A stretch of DNA of 64,000 nt, taken from NCBI GenBank assembly GCA_963801815.1, contig CAWDGJ010000001.1:160001-224000 (forward strand). Direction: 5' to 3'. Within the stretch, counting starts at the first letter, position 1, and the number at the start of each line of letters is the position of its first letter. The stretch comes from an uncultured Verrucomicrobiae bacterium. GTDB lineage: Bacteria; Verrucomicrobiota; Verrucomicrobiia; Chthoniobacterales; UBA10450. Both the position numbers and the translations under genes were made by a program. This document shows, in pieces, positions 50,442 through 60,740 of the stretch. The notes below the pieces were generated by a model. The model had not been told where the DNA came from. It was given only the letters and a program-made list of their open reading frames with translations, and did not search any database.

Positions 50442-51518
50442 CTACCGGTTGAGATATTCGAATGCCGCGCCGCAAGCGACGTTGAGTGACACAAATTCGT
50501 TAGGCAAACTCTGCCGCTTGGCCGCGGGCAGTGCGAGTTCGCAGGTTTCGAGCGGATCCCAGATTTCGCATGGCAATCCAAGCTCGTCGCTTAATGACTG
50601 CAAGACTGCTTCCGCGCGGGCGAGTCCGCCGGAAACAAAGATTCGATTGATCCCTTCTTCGCGTTGGCCCTCGAAGAACCCGATGGAGTTGCGTACCTCC
50701 ATTGCTAATCGGGCGAGCGAATTGCGGCAAATTTCAGTCATGCCTTCGTCGCCCTGTTGAATCATCAGCCAGGCAGAATCGGCATCGAGCGCATCCTCCG
50801 CCGTCAGCGCCTGCATCAATGCCTTGCCACCGTAATCGATGCTGCGGACCAGCACGAGCTCACTTCGACTGCCGATCAGCACCGTGCTTTGCAGATGCCC
50901 CATGTCGAGAAGCAAAAAGGCATCGTTTGCGAAAACCTCCGGGTAGGAAAATTCAAATGCGTTAAACGAACAGACCGGCGCAAGCTGCAGCATCTCTGCG
51001 GAAAGCCGAAGTTTGGTTGCGGCAGCGGAAATCTGTTTGACCTGCTTTCGCAACATTCCTCCGACGAGATACTTGGTTTGAGTAATCACACCGCTTTGCA
51101 CGGCAACGTTGGATTCGGCCGCAGCAGGCTTGTCGATTGCAGTTCCGCCGTAAGGAGCGATCACCGGCGCGACGTCCAGCACGAAGTCTTTACATTCCTG
51201 GTTTAAAACGGCGAGTCCGTTGAAACGAAGCGCGTTGCGGAGCAGGTGAACGGGTGTGTCCGGTTGCTCGACGATGCGCAGGATTGTGTGCGGATCGGAA
51301 ACGGCGAAAACGCATGCCTTGGCGCTGCCGCCCAGGTCGCGCAGCAATTGCTTCAACTCCCGGGCGAGATCTTCAGGCGAGGCGAATTCTTCCGGCACCG
51401 GTCGCGAGGCGAAGCCGCTCAACACGAACCTGGCGTCACTTTTTCGCCGGACCGCGACACCTTTGAGCGTGTGTTTGCCCAAATCGATGCCGACAACAGA
51501 ATCTGCACGTCTCGCCAT
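50442..51518 (-). CDS. pilM: Type IV pilus assembly protein PilM
   Basis: VGIDLG...LK, LLDMG, RSIDYGG, IFVSGG.A and ACGAA (actin-like fold). Confidence 0.82.
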   Translation of the reverse strand: MARRADSVVGIDLGKHTLKGVAVRRKSDARFVLSGFASRPVPEEFASPEDLARELKQLLRDLGGSAKACVFAVSDPHTILRIVEQPDTPVHLLRNALRFNGLAVLNQECKDFVLDVAPVIAPYGGTAIDKPAAAESNVAVQSGVITQTKYLVGGMLRKQVKQISAAATKLRLSAEMLQLAPVCSFNAFEFSYPEVFANDAFLLLDMGHLQSTVLIGSRSELVLVRSIDYGGKALMQALTAEDALDADSAWLMIQQGDEGMTEICRNSLARLAMEVRNSIGFFEGQREEGINRIFVSGGLARAEAVLQSLSDELGLPCEIWDPLETCELALPAAKRQSLPNEFVSLNVACGAAFEYLNR

Positions 51519-51623
51519 GGATGCTGCTTTACCCCCTGTAGCGGGAAACGTGCCCTGCGGAGGCGCTTTTTGGAGAGCAGGTTATGCTCCATAGTTCTCG
51601 CGCTCTTGTGCCGGCGCGCGCAC

Positions 51624-53036
51624 TCAGGCTGCAACCGCCGCACGATAGCCGAAAAATTCGCGTTCTTTGATGATCTGCGCGACTTCCGGAGGCACCATTT
51701 TTTCCCAATTCCTGTCGCCGGCCTTCAGTTTTGCCAGGACCACGGCCGGATAGATCCGAAGGAAATCTTTCTGATAATCCGTGATTTCCTCGATGTAGCG
51801 GTTGTCGATCAAATACTGAAATAATGAGTGGAGATTCGGGGCAACCTCGGTTTGGGTCGCGGTGATCAGTTTGCCGGTTTTCTCGTTGATCATGGGGTAG
51901 ACGTAAAGCTTCAGGCCGTGCTTAAACATTCGTCCCAGCGCCTCCAGGATTCCGCCCTCAAGATTGAGGTAATATTTTTCGTCAAAAATCTCGTGCAAAC
52001 TTGGAACACCCATCACCAGGCCGATCATTTGGTTGGTGTAGCGCGAAAGATAACCCGCGAGTCGATAATATTCGCCGAACTTTGAGATAAGTACGGTACG
52101 GCCTAGGGCGCCCAAAATGTCCACCCGTTCCAAAAAATCGGCGTGATTGAGCTGACCTTCGGCTAGCAGATTTTCCAATGTCATCTCCATCAGCACTACG
52201 AGGTCTTTTTTTGAACTACCGGATTGTGTCAGAAACTGGCGGCGGGCGCCTTCGAGCATATCGTGCGTCGCCAAGGTGACAGGACGAAAGCTGCCCCGCT
52301 CGATTAAGATTGCCTTCTTGTGCAAGATCTCGGACGCCTGCACCATTTCACCATCGGCGGTGAACATCACGGCATCGGTCAAACCCTGACTCACGAGTTG
52401 CAAGCTCATGAGCCGATTATCGATATTGGCAAACGCGGGCCCCGAAAATTTGATCAAGTCGATCTGCATTCTTCCGGGCGCAAGATTTTCCTGCAATGAC
52501 GAGATTAAACGTTCCGGCTTCGATTGATAAAACGCGCCGTAGAGCAAATTCACGCCGATGACCCCGAGGGCCTCTTGCTGGTCAGTGTTCGCTTCGTCGA
52601 GCATGCGAACGTGAATAATGATCTGACTCGGCTCGCTCCGCGGCTCGGTTTGAAAACGAACACCGAGCCAACCGTGCGCTTCGTTGTGTTGTTTGAAGCT
52701 TCGCGCCGCCACCGTGTCGGCAAAAACAAAAAAGGTTCGCTCGCTTCCCAACGTGCTGTCGAGCCGCTCGATCAAAAGATCGTATTCGTGATCGAGCATT
52801 GTGTTTAAGCGTACGCGGCTGACATATCGGTCGGCCGGTCCATAAATCGCGTCGCTGAATGTCATGTCGTAGGCTGACATGGTTTTGGCGATAGTCCCGG
52901 ACGCGCCGCCGACCAAAAAAAATCGGCGAGCAACTTCTTGCCCCGCGCCAATCTCGGCGAAGGTCCCGTATTTGTGCGCGTCAAGATTGATCTGGAGCGC
53001 CTTACGGTTTGTTTCGACGTCCATCTCCGCCTTCAT
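51624..53036 (-). CDS. Conserved cytoplasmic protein, possible CinA-like + nucleotidyltransferase-like domains
   Basis: YGTFAEIGAGQEVAR..GGASGTIAKTMSAYD and RGSFRPVT...H; no signal peptide. Confidence 0.65.
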   Translation of the reverse strand: MKAEMDVETNRKALQINLDAHKYGTFAEIGAGQEVARRFFLVGGASGTIAKTMSAYDMTFSDAIYGPADRYVSRVRLNTMLDHEYDLLIERLDSTLGSERTFFVFADTVAARSFKQHNEAHGWLGVRFQTEPRSEPSQIIIHVRMLDEANTDQQEALGVIGVNLLYGAFYQSKPERLISSLQENLAPGRMQIDLIKFSGPAFANIDNRLMSLQLVSQGLTDAVMFTADGEMVQASEILHKKAILIERGSFRPVTLATHDMLEGARRQFLTQSGSSKKDLVVLMEMTLENLLAEGQLNHADFLERVDILGALGRTVLISKFGEYYRLAGYLSRYTNQMIGLVMGVPSLHEIFDEKYYLNLEGGILEALGRMFKHGLKLYVYPMINEKTGKLITATQTEVAPNLHSLFQYLIDNRYIEEITDYQKDFLRIYPAVVLAKLKAGDRNWEKMVPPEVAQIIKEREFFGYRAAVAA

Positions 53037-53103
53037 ACAAATTCTGTAACGGCGATCTTTGATCGTCGCAAATCAAGCTCGGCGGCTGAGAGATCAGCCT
53101 AAA

Positions 53104-53844
53104 TTAGAATCGCACGGTCTCCGCGGATTTCGCGGGCATCCAGCCTTTAAGATTGTTTGGCAACTCCGCGTAAATCCAATCGCCACGTTGACTCACGACC
53201 ATGATTTCACTACCGGACGGCAAAGCCAAAATTCGATTAGCGTTGTCGGCCGTGGCAAGCCGGGCATCAGCGTCTTGAACTGTGACAATCGCCAGGCCCG
53301 GACCGTTTTTTCCGCGCTCCAGTTTCCACGCTGCAAACATTGCCGACGCGAAGATCAAGAGCGATAAAATCGACAATGCAATCGTGCCGCCACTTCGGTG
53401 TCGATTAAAAATCAGCGCGGCCAAGCAAAACGCACAAATCCAAAACGCGATTGCGGCCACGGTCGCGTATTGATTCGGTGTCGCGAACTCCAGACTACGT
53501 TCCAGTGGCGACGGAATTAATTCCAGTGCCCGCGCTTCGTCCCGCGCGATCTTCAAATTTGCCTGCGCTTCAGGATGGCGCGGATCGAGTGCCAGGGCCC
53601 GTTCGTAATTCAAGATCGCGCGACCGAAATCTTTTTTCCTGAAATAGGCGTTGCCTAAATTGTAGAAAAGATTTGGCGTGTCTACCCTGGAACGGACGAG
53701 CTCTTCGTAATCGCTGGCTGCCGCGTTGAAATCGCCGGCCGCATATTCCTGGTTGGCCTTCACGAATTGCGAATTGGGTTGCGCCTCACTGATTCCAGTG
53801 CCGGCGAAGAGCATTGCTAGAGCAACTACGATTTGCGTTCTCAT
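53104..53844 (-). CDS. BatE-like TPR + SH3 protein
   Basis: LFYNLGNAY..GRAILNYERA, two TM segments and a C-terminal GDW..KGW. Confidence 0.8.
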   Translation of the reverse strand: MRTQIVVALAMLFAGTGISEAQPNSQFVKANQEYAAGDFNAAASDYEELVRSRVDTPNLFYNLGNAYFRKKDFGRAILNYERALALDPRHPEAQANLKIARDEARALELIPSPLERSLEFATPNQYATVAAIAFWICAFCLAALIFNRHRSGGTIALSILSLLIFASAMFAAWKLERGKNGPGLAIVTVQDADARLATADNANRILALPSGSEIMVVSQRGDWIYAELPNNLKGWMPAKSAETVRF

Positions 53845-55715
53845 GTGCGTAAGCTCTCCACAAGTCGCAAAACTTCTTCCTGTTCGCCTTTCGACACTTT
53901 TGATGAGCCGTTGCCGCTGCCGCTAAACCTCAGTTCGTCATTTCTCTCAAACAATGCGCGCATTTGAGCTTGCTCGGTTTCGCCAAGATCGAAAGCTTGG
54001 GCGGCCGCTTCGGCGTCGACCGCATTCGGATTGATGTTCTTGGCGACCGCCGTTTTTAGCTGCACCACTCGGGCTGCTTGCGAGAAATATACCTGAGGCG
54101 ACACATCGCCCCGACGCAGATCGCGCAGCAATTTCGCCATTTCGTGCTGACGGGCGGCTAGGCGCTGCGTTTCCCGATCGCCAATCTTCGCTCGTCGAAT
54201 TTTCCAGCCGGCAAATCCAAGCAGCACAATGAGTGGCGTAATTTGCGCGATCCAAAACGTCGACCGGGCATAGAGCGGCGAAAACGATCGAACGCTGCCG
54301 AGATCGTTCAATTGATACAAAATGTCTGCAGGCTTGGTAGCAGGGACGGGAGTCGCTGTCGCGGTCGCCGGTTGAGCTGAAGCAGCTGACAGCGCAGTCG
54401 CAACATTTGGAGCAGGCGCGGCACCGCCTTCAACCTGGATCGGCACGGGATCGCTCCGCAAAGTCACGTAGTTTTCCTTGATTGGGTCGAAGTAAGCGAA
54501 AGCGAGCGGCGGTACCTCGGTTTTCTTTTCATTAGGCGAGATGACCGTCTCGAAAGTTTTTTCACCGCTGATCCCAACGTCGTCGTCCTGTTTGAATTTT
54601 GAGGACGGCGGATATTTGTGCCAGCCATGTTCATCTTCGAGCGCCGGCCCGGTCATTCGATCAAAATTCCCGCGTCCCGAAATCGTCGCGGTGACTGTTA
54701 CCGGATCTCCGACTTGCACGTTCTTCGGCTTGGCGTCCACCGCCATCGTGAAATTTCCAATTGCGCCAGAGAAATTCGTCGGCGCGTTCGGTGGCAATGC
54801 TTTCACGTTGAGCGTCACGGTGTCGCTTTTGATCGGCAGTTCAGTCCGTTCGCCCATGCTTCCAAACGGATCGCTAAAAAACGGGTCGGAGAACGGATCG
54901 TCCATGTTAAACAGGTCGAATGGCGAACGTGGGCGAGCCGTTCGCGGTGCGCTCGGTCGCCGCGGCATGAGAATAGCCGCCTTCGCTTCCACCGGCCCAA
55001 TTTCAAATTTTCCGGCGCGCGCCGGCGAGATTGCAGTCTTGAAAGTGTAAACCTGGTAAGGGCGGCCGCCGATGGTTTCCATGGTTTCGCGCGGCTCCTG
55101 TAACTTTTGGATGGTGAAACCTTGCCCGGAAAGTTCGGGCGGTTCTAGTCGAGCATGCACGCGTGGATCGAACGCCAACCGGATCTCCGCCGGTACCATT
55201 TCGCCCACGTAAGCGTCTTTCTTTGCCACGACCAATTCCGCGAACGCGAGCTTGCTTGCGCCGGCCCGAGCATTCGGCGCAGTTTGATTCCCTTGCGCGC
55301 TGGTCGAGCTGTTTGATCCATTCGTCACGTTGAGAGCGAGCTCAGGAGTTCGCAATGAATCGTTCCCGACGCGTACTGTCTGCGACGGGATTTTGAACTG
55401 TCCGGCGCGCAACGGCAGGATCGTGTAGTTGTAGATTACGCTGCTGCTGACGTCGAAATTGTGCAGAGAGAATTGGCGCGATGTGCCGTTCTGCTGAATT
55501 TGGAGACCGTCGATTGAAATCTCCGGAGGAACATTGGCGTTCTGTGCGCCGGTTACCTTGATTTGTAATTGCACCGGTTCGCGGACCTCGGCCTCCGAGT
55601 TGCTCAACACTGCAGTCACGCTTGGCGACGCAGCAAATGCGCTGCTCCTTAAGCTGAGCGCGACCAGCGCAAGAGAAATTAGAATGCTTCTTCTATAAGT
55701 CGGCTTTGCTATCAA
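53841..55715 (-). CDS. BatD family protein
   Basis: Signal peptide, AYVGE, GAIGNF, VGDPVT..ISGRGN, YFDP and a C-terminal TM. Confidence 0.85.
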   Translation of the reverse strand: MIAKPTYRRSILISLALVALSLRSSAFAASPSVTAVLSNSEAEVREPVQLQIKVTGAQNANVPPEISIDGLQIQQNGTSRQFSLHNFDVSSSVIYNYTILPLRAGQFKIPSQTVRVGNDSLRTPELALNVTNGSNSSTSAQGNQTAPNARAGASKLAFAELVVAKKDAYVGEMVPAEIRLAFDPRVHARLEPPELSGQGFTIQKLQEPRETMETIGGRPYQVYTFKTAISPARAGKFEIGPVEAKAAILMPRRPSAPRTARPRSPFDLFNMDDPFSDPFFSDPFGSMGERTELPIKSDTVTLNVKALPPNAPTNFSGAIGNFTMAVDAKPKNVQVGDPVTVTATISGRGNFDRMTGPALEDEHGWHKYPPSSKFKQDDDVGISGEKTFETVISPNEKKTEVPPLAFAYFDPIKENYVTLRSDPVPIQVEGGAAPAPNVATALSAASAQPATATATPVPATKPADILYQLNDLGSVRSFSPLYARSTFWIAQITPLIVLLGFAGWKIRRAKIGDRETQRLAARQHEMAKLLRDLRRGDVSPQVYFSQAARVVQLKTAVAKNINPNAVDAEAAAQAFDLGETEQAQMRALFERNDELRFSGSGNGSSKVSKGEQEEVLRLVESLRT

Positions 55716-55732
55716 CTCTCACCCTCTTCCGA

Positions 55733-57973
55733 TTACCAGTCATTATAGACACGGCGTCTAACTCTGCGTTCATCCAGTTGGACGCGCGCTTCCTCATCCT
55801 TCATCGATTGCAGCAGGAGCTCGGCTTGTTTTTCGCTCATCTGCCCTTCGTTTTCCGGTTCACCGCCAGCGAATGCGGCTCCTTCTCCCTGTTGCGACTG
55901 CGGCTCTTTGTTACCCGTCTTCCCTTTGATCTCGCCGGCGAGTTTTTTCTGCGGCGACCCCCCCGGCGTTGGTGATGGCGTGCCATTTTGTCCTTCCCCG
56001 TCGCCTGTGGCGGGAGACGGCGATGGTATTTGATCTTCGTCGCTACCAGGGGTCGGCGATTCTTCGGGCTGTTCCTGATTTCGATCTTGCGATGATTTGT
56101 CTTCGTTTTTTCCCGGTGATGGCGAGGGCTGGCCTTGTTGTTGATCTGTGCCCTGCGATGGCGATTGACTCTCGCCGGGTTTGGGCTGCTGTTGATTTTT
56201 TTTGGGCTCGTTCTTCGCCATTTGCTGGTTCGATTGGTCCTCTGAATTCTGCTTTTGGTCCGCGCTCGATTGGTTCTGCGATTGAGCCTGCTGATTCTGG
56301 TTCTGTGATTGGCCTTGCTGGTTCTGTTGCTGGTTCTGATTTTGGTTCTGATTTTGGTTCTGATCTTTCCCGCCGGAGCCATCCTGCGATTGCTGTTGAT
56401 CTTGATTCTGCTCGCCGCCGTTTCCCTGCTGATTTTTCTTCTGTTGTTGCGGCGGTTGGGGCGGTGGTGTCGGCTTTTGCTTCGGGTGCTGCTTCAATCG
56501 CTCGATCTTCTTTTTGACCTCTTCCAGGTTTGCCCTGGCCGCTTCGTTTTTGGGATTGAGCTCCAAGGTCGCTTCGTAATGCGATGCCGCGTTGGTCAGG
56601 TCCTTTAGTGTCGTGTCGTTTGTCCGGTCCATGTCCGCGCGCTCCTCGAGGGTCCGACCGAGATTGAAATGACTGTTCTCTTGAAGGCGCTTGTCGGATG
56701 ACAGGAGCGCATCGCTGAACGATTGGAGAGCTTTATTATAATCGCCCATCTTGAAAGCGGCCGCGCCGGAATCGAATTCGATTTTTTCCTTTTCGGGCGA
56801 TTCGGGATGCGCTTTCAGGTCTTCCTGGAAACTCTGATAGGCGTCGTTGTATTTGCCGTCGCGATACAGATCCAGGGCAGGCGCGCTAGCGAACGCCAAT
56901 CGCGTCATGAGAAAAACAAGCGCCGTCGCCGGCATCGCGACTTTCGACCATCGTGGCAAACGCGCTCGTGCCCGGACCTTTTTTCTTTCGCCAATCAAGA
57001 TGGACATTGTGAGGGCAACAATCGCGGCGCCGAGCGGCCATTCGTAACGCTCAATCGGGCGTCGCGATAAACGCGCGTCGATCTCGGCCGCCTTCATGTT
57101 GGCCAGGCCTTGTGTGTAAAGCTGCGACATTGTGCGCGGTCCGTCGCCGAGATGAAGGTAAAAGCTGCCGGTTGCCTGCGCGATCTCCTGCAAGCGTTTC
57201 TCGTCGAGTTTGGATTTTACGACTTGCCCAGACGAATCCTTCACAAAGGCTGTTCCGCCGTCATCGCCCGTAATCGGAATTAGCGAGCCCTGTGGAGTTC
57301 CCACACCAACGGTGAAAATCTTGATGCCGGCGTCCCCTGCCGCCTTCGCCGTTTTCACGGCGTCCCCGCTTAACTCTTCGCCGTCGGTGAAAATAATCAG
57401 TGCGCGATTGCCCGCGGCGCTCTTGCCGAAAGTTTGGACAGCGAGATTAATCGCCTCCGAAATGTTTGTCCCACCTTCCGGAATTGTTTTCGTGTCCAGG
57501 TCGTTGATGGATTCGACCGCTGCTTCGTAATCGATGGTCAACGGCGCTTGCAGGAACGCGCGACCAGCAAAGGCAATCAATCCGACGCGGTCTCCTTCCA
57601 GTTGAGTGACGAGGTCCTGCACGGCGAGCTTCACCCGTTGGAGTCGGTTCGGCTGCACGTCGTTGGAAAGCATGCTGCGCGAAGTGTCGACCGCGAACAG
57701 GAGGTCGAGCCCTTTTCGTTGCACATCTTCATAAATATAACCCCACTGCGGTTTCGCGAGACTCATGATAGCGAACGCGAGACCGAGCATGAGAAAACTG
57801 AATCGGACAAGACGGCGGGAACGATTCACGGTTGCCGACAGTTGCGGAAGCAGTCGCGGAGAAACAAACTTACGCAATCGTCCAAGCGCGCGTTGCTCCG
57901 CTCGCACGAACAAAAGTGCGAGAACTGGAATCACAAGCAATGCCCAAAACCAGACTGGCGCACCGAAGCTCAT
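55733..57973 (-). CDS. BatB/BatC-like VWA + TPR fusion with a Q/N/P-rich linker
   Basis: DTSRSM MIDAS, FTDGE, TPRs, a long Gln-rich stretch and C-terminal A..LL..M...YNDW. Confidence 0.85.
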   Translation of the reverse strand: MSFGAPVWFWALLVIPVLALLFVRAEQRALGRLRKFVSPRLLPQLSATVNRSRRLVRFSFLMLGLAFAIMSLAKPQWGYIYEDVQRKGLDLLFAVDTSRSMLSNDVQPNRLQRVKLAVQDLVTQLEGDRVGLIAFAGRAFLQAPLTIDYEAAVESINDLDTKTIPEGGTNISEAINLAVQTFGKSAAGNRALIIFTDGEELSGDAVKTAKAAGDAGIKIFTVGVGTPQGSLIPITGDDGGTAFVKDSSGQVVKSKLDEKRLQEIAQATGSFYLHLGDGPRTMSQLYTQGLANMKAAEIDARLSRRPIERYEWPLGAAIVALTMSILIGERKKVRARARLPRWSKVAMPATALVFLMTRLAFASAPALDLYRDGKYNDAYQSFQEDLKAHPESPEKEKIEFDSGAAAFKMGDYNKALQSFSDALLSSDKRLQENSHFNLGRTLEERADMDRTNDTTLKDLTNAASHYEATLELNPKNEAARANLEEVKKKIERLKQHPKQKPTPPPQPPQQQKKNQQGNGGEQNQDQQQSQDGSGGKDQNQNQNQNQNQQQNQQGQSQNQNQQAQSQNQSSADQKQNSEDQSNQQMAKNEPKKNQQQPKPGESQSPSQGTDQQQGQPSPSPGKNEDKSSQDRNQEQPEESPTPGSDEDQIPSPSPATGDGEGQNGTPSPTPGGSPQKKLAGEIKGKTGNKEPQSQQGEGAAFAGGEPENEGQMSEKQAELLLQSMKDEEARVQLDERRVRRRVYNDW

Positions 57974-57988
57974 AAGTTCGACAATAAA

Positions 57989-58053
57989 AGGTGGAACGCG
58001 CGCTCCGCGCGCGTTGCTAAATTAACATCGAGCGCGGAGCGCTCGATCCACCT
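57989..58053. repeat. GGTGGA-type REP doublet (intergenic)
   Basis: AGGTGGAACGCGCGCTCCGCGCGCGTT ... CATCGAGCGCGGAGCGCTCGATCCACCT. Confidence 0.85.
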
Positions 58054-58073
58054 GAAGTCTATGTGCTGAATAG

Positions 58074-59126
58074 TCACGGTAATTTCTTCCAGACTGTCTG
58101 GCTCAACAGAAGCTGCGCGACCAACAGACCGCAGCCGCTCATGATGCAAAGTGGAAACAAATCGCGGTACTCTTGATACTTCTTCACGGCGACGGTCGAT
58201 TTCTCGAGTTTGTCGATGTCGTTGTAGATTTCTTCGAGCGATTTGGTGTCGGTCGCGCGATAGAATTTGCCGTCGGCAATTCGTGCGACCTCTTTCAATC
58301 CGGCTTCATTGAATTCCACGGGCTGATTTTGATAGAGAATGTTGCCGAGCGCGTCAGTCATCGGGCCGCGCGAAGTATATATTGGCGCGGGCGCGATTCC
58401 GTTTATGCCCGCGCCGATCGCGTAGAAGTGGATCTTTAACGCTTTGACCGCTTCGGCCGCCGTGTTGGGCGAAATTTTACCGGCGTTATTTTCGCCGTCG
58501 GTCAGCAAAACAATGACGCGACTTTTTGAATGTTTGTCATTCAACCGGTTGGCAGCCGACGCCATCGCCGAGCCGATCGCGGTTCCGTCTTCCACGAGGC
58601 CGATTCGAACGCGTTCAAGATTTTGCAGCAACCAATCGTGATCGAGTGTCATTGGACTGACGACGTAAGGCCGGCCGGCAAAAGCGATGATGCCGATGCG
58701 ATCGTTTGGACGGCCTTCGATGAACTTGCGCGTGACTTCGCGAACGGCGTCCTGCCTTGTTGCTTCCTCGCCGCCAATAGTGAAATCGCGGGTCAACATC
58801 GAGCCGGAAACGTCGAGCACGAGCATGATGTCGATGCCGCTGGCTTCGACCTGCGTAAGACTCTTGCCAAGCTGCGGGCGTGCTATTGCGATGATGAAAA
58901 TCGCCAGGGTCGCAAAAATCAGCGCGCGCAGAAGTTTGCCGGCGCGGGCGGCGCTTTGCTTGCCAATTGCGCGAAGTGTCGAGGTTGATGAAAACGTGAG
59001 CGCTGCGCCAGGACCGCGTTTCCCGCGCAAGTATGCGAGAACTGGAATCGCCAGCAGCAGAAGAAGAAGCCACGGGCGTGCAAATGTCAGCGCGGTATTG
59101 GCCGGCCACCAATCAAGTAATCGCAA
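58074..59126 (-). CDS. BatA-like VWA domain protein
   Basis: ARPQ, LDVSGSM, GTAIG, LLTDGENN and YRATD...IDKLEK. Confidence 0.9.
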   Translation of the reverse strand: MRLLDWWPANTALTFARPWLLLLLLAIPVLAYLRGKRGPGAALTFSSTSTLRAIGKQSAARAGKLLRALIFATLAIFIIAIARPQLGKSLTQVEASGIDIMLVLDVSGSMLTRDFTIGGEEATRQDAVREVTRKFIEGRPNDRIGIIAFAGRPYVVSPMTLDHDWLLQNLERVRIGLVEDGTAIGSAMASAANRLNDKHSKSRVIVLLTDGENNAGKISPNTAAEAVKALKIHFYAIGAGINGIAPAPIYTSRGPMTDALGNILYQNQPVEFNEAGLKEVARIADGKFYRATDTKSLEEIYNDIDKLEKSTVAVKKYQEYRDLFPLCIMSGCGLLVAQLLLSQTVWKKLP

Positions 59127-59835
59127 GTTGCTCTCCTTTCACGAAACGGGTTGCTTCTTCGAGGAGAAGGTGACTATCCGCCGAGGTTGCTTCGTAGCGG
59201 GCAAACTTAATCAAGTCGCAGCGGTTCAAAAAATCTTCGAGCAACGATTTCTCGTTTGTCGAAAATGGCGACGATTTCGCCAGCGCGGCGAGGAACTCGA
59301 CCGAAGTCTGGCGCGTCACCGGCAATGCATACTGGTTCGTGACGTAACGCCGCAAAATGTCCGACACGCGAATGCTAAATTGGTAAGGGTTCATCGTCTC
59401 GATTTCTGAGCTAATTCGTTCGAGCTCTTCCAGGGCGATTTCACGCGGTAATTTCGGCGGCAACGCAGGTTTCCGGTTTCGCTTCAGCCACCAGACGATC
59501 AAACCAATTAGCGACAAGGCGACGAAGCTCGCCACGAAGATCAACCAGGTTGGAAAGAACGAGTAATCGACCGGCGGCGCGATCTCGTGAAAATTTTGCT
59601 GGGCAGCAAAGACAGACGTTGCGAATGTCGAAACGCCCAAAAGGCTGACAATAGCCCAGCGCTTTAGCGCTGGGTACACTAACAAAACTCGCGTCGAGCC
59701 CCAATCGGGGCGACAGAATCGTTCTTTCGTCCCTGGCGGGACTTCGTATTCACGTGTATTGATAGCCCCAGCGTTAAAACGCTGGGCTATTTTCGCACGT
59801 GTTGAATTCTTCGATTTCAACATTGCCATCATCAC
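59113..59835 (-). CDS. DUF4381-like Bat-operon protein with a repeat-derived N-terminus
   Basis: EIAPP, TM, ALEELE, ILRRY, QTSVEFL and DLIKFA. Confidence 0.75.
   Translation of the reverse strand: MMMAMLKSKNSTRAKIAQRFNAGAINTREYEVPPGTKERFCRPDWGSTRVLLVYPALKRWAIVSLLGVSTFATSVFAAQQNFHEIAPPVDYSFFPTWLIFVASFVALSLIGLIVWWLKRNRKPALPPKLPREIALEELERISSEIETMNPYQFSIRVSDILRRYVTNQYALPVTRQTSVEFLAALAKSSPFSTNEKSLLEDFLNRCDLIKFARYEATSADSHLLLEEATRFVKGEQLAIT
59650..59791. repeat. Composite palindromic element inside the CDS N-terminus
   Basis: Terminal AATAGCCCAGCG...CGCTGGGCTATT, with internal hairpins CCCAGCGCT-TT-AGCGCTGGG, GCCCC-AATC-GGGGC and GTCCC-TGGC-GGGAC. Confidence 0.8.
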
Positions 59836-60735
59836 TAACGAATATTGGCGCGGCGTTCGCGCAGTTTGAAGAAAGCTCGCAGCGCCGGCAGATAATCTTC
59901 GCTCGTCCGGAGCGTGATGGCATCGATGTTGTTACGGCGAAGAGTGCGCGTAAGCTCGCGGGCGTTTTCCTGCGCCAAATCGCCGTAGCGAGCGCGGACG
60001 CCGCGATCGGCGGTATTGATTTCAATTTGTTCGCCGGTCTCCGCGTCTTCCAACGTGATCATGCCGACGTTTGGCAGCACCGTTTCACGTTCGTCCTGAA
60101 CGTGGACGGCAATAAAATCGTGGCGGCGCGCGCTGACAGCGAGCGCGTGTGAGAAATCAGGCGCTTGAAAATCGGAGATAAAAAAGGCGACCGCTCGGCG
60201 GGTGACGATTTTGTTCAGGTAGTCGAGCGCCAAGGCGGGATCGGTCCCGCGGCCCGACGGGTTCAAAAAACAGAATTTCGCGAATGAGTCGAAGCGTGTG
60301 CGACCGGCCTTTCTTCGGAGGAATGAACAGCTCGACGCGATCGGTAAAAAGAAGAAGGCCGACCTTGTCGTTGTTGCGAATCGCGCTGAAAGCCAGCAGA
60401 CAGGCAACCTCGGCTGCGAGCTCGCGTTTGGATTGCTGGGCGCTCCCGAAATTTCCGGACGCGCTAACATCGACAATCAGCATGACGGTAAGCTCGCGTT
60501 CTTCGGTGAACTTCTTGACGAAGGCGTTTCCGAGCCGCGCGGTCACGTTCCAATCGATGGCGCGGATTTCGTCGCCCGGTTGATATTCGCGCACATCCTC
60601 GAAATTCATTCCCCGGCCCTTGAAGACACTGTGGTAATTGCCGGCAAACACCGTCTCGACCAGACCGCGTGTTTTAATTTCCAGCGTGCGGATCTTCTTA
60701 AGAATCTCTGCGGTTTTTTCCTGCAGCCCGTTCAT
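59835..60735 (-). CDS. DUF58 domain protein (frameshift near 60260)
   Basis: SVFKGRGMNF..VREY.PGD..R.IDWNVTAR, DVSAS and ISDF. Confidence 0.88.
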
Positions 60736-60740
60736 CGCGA

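Noticed and set aside
55900..56500. Tandem DNA repeats (CAGAAC-type) as a mobile or phase-variable element
   Set aside because: They encode the Gln/Asn/Pro-rich linker typical of BatC-like proteins and stay in frame.
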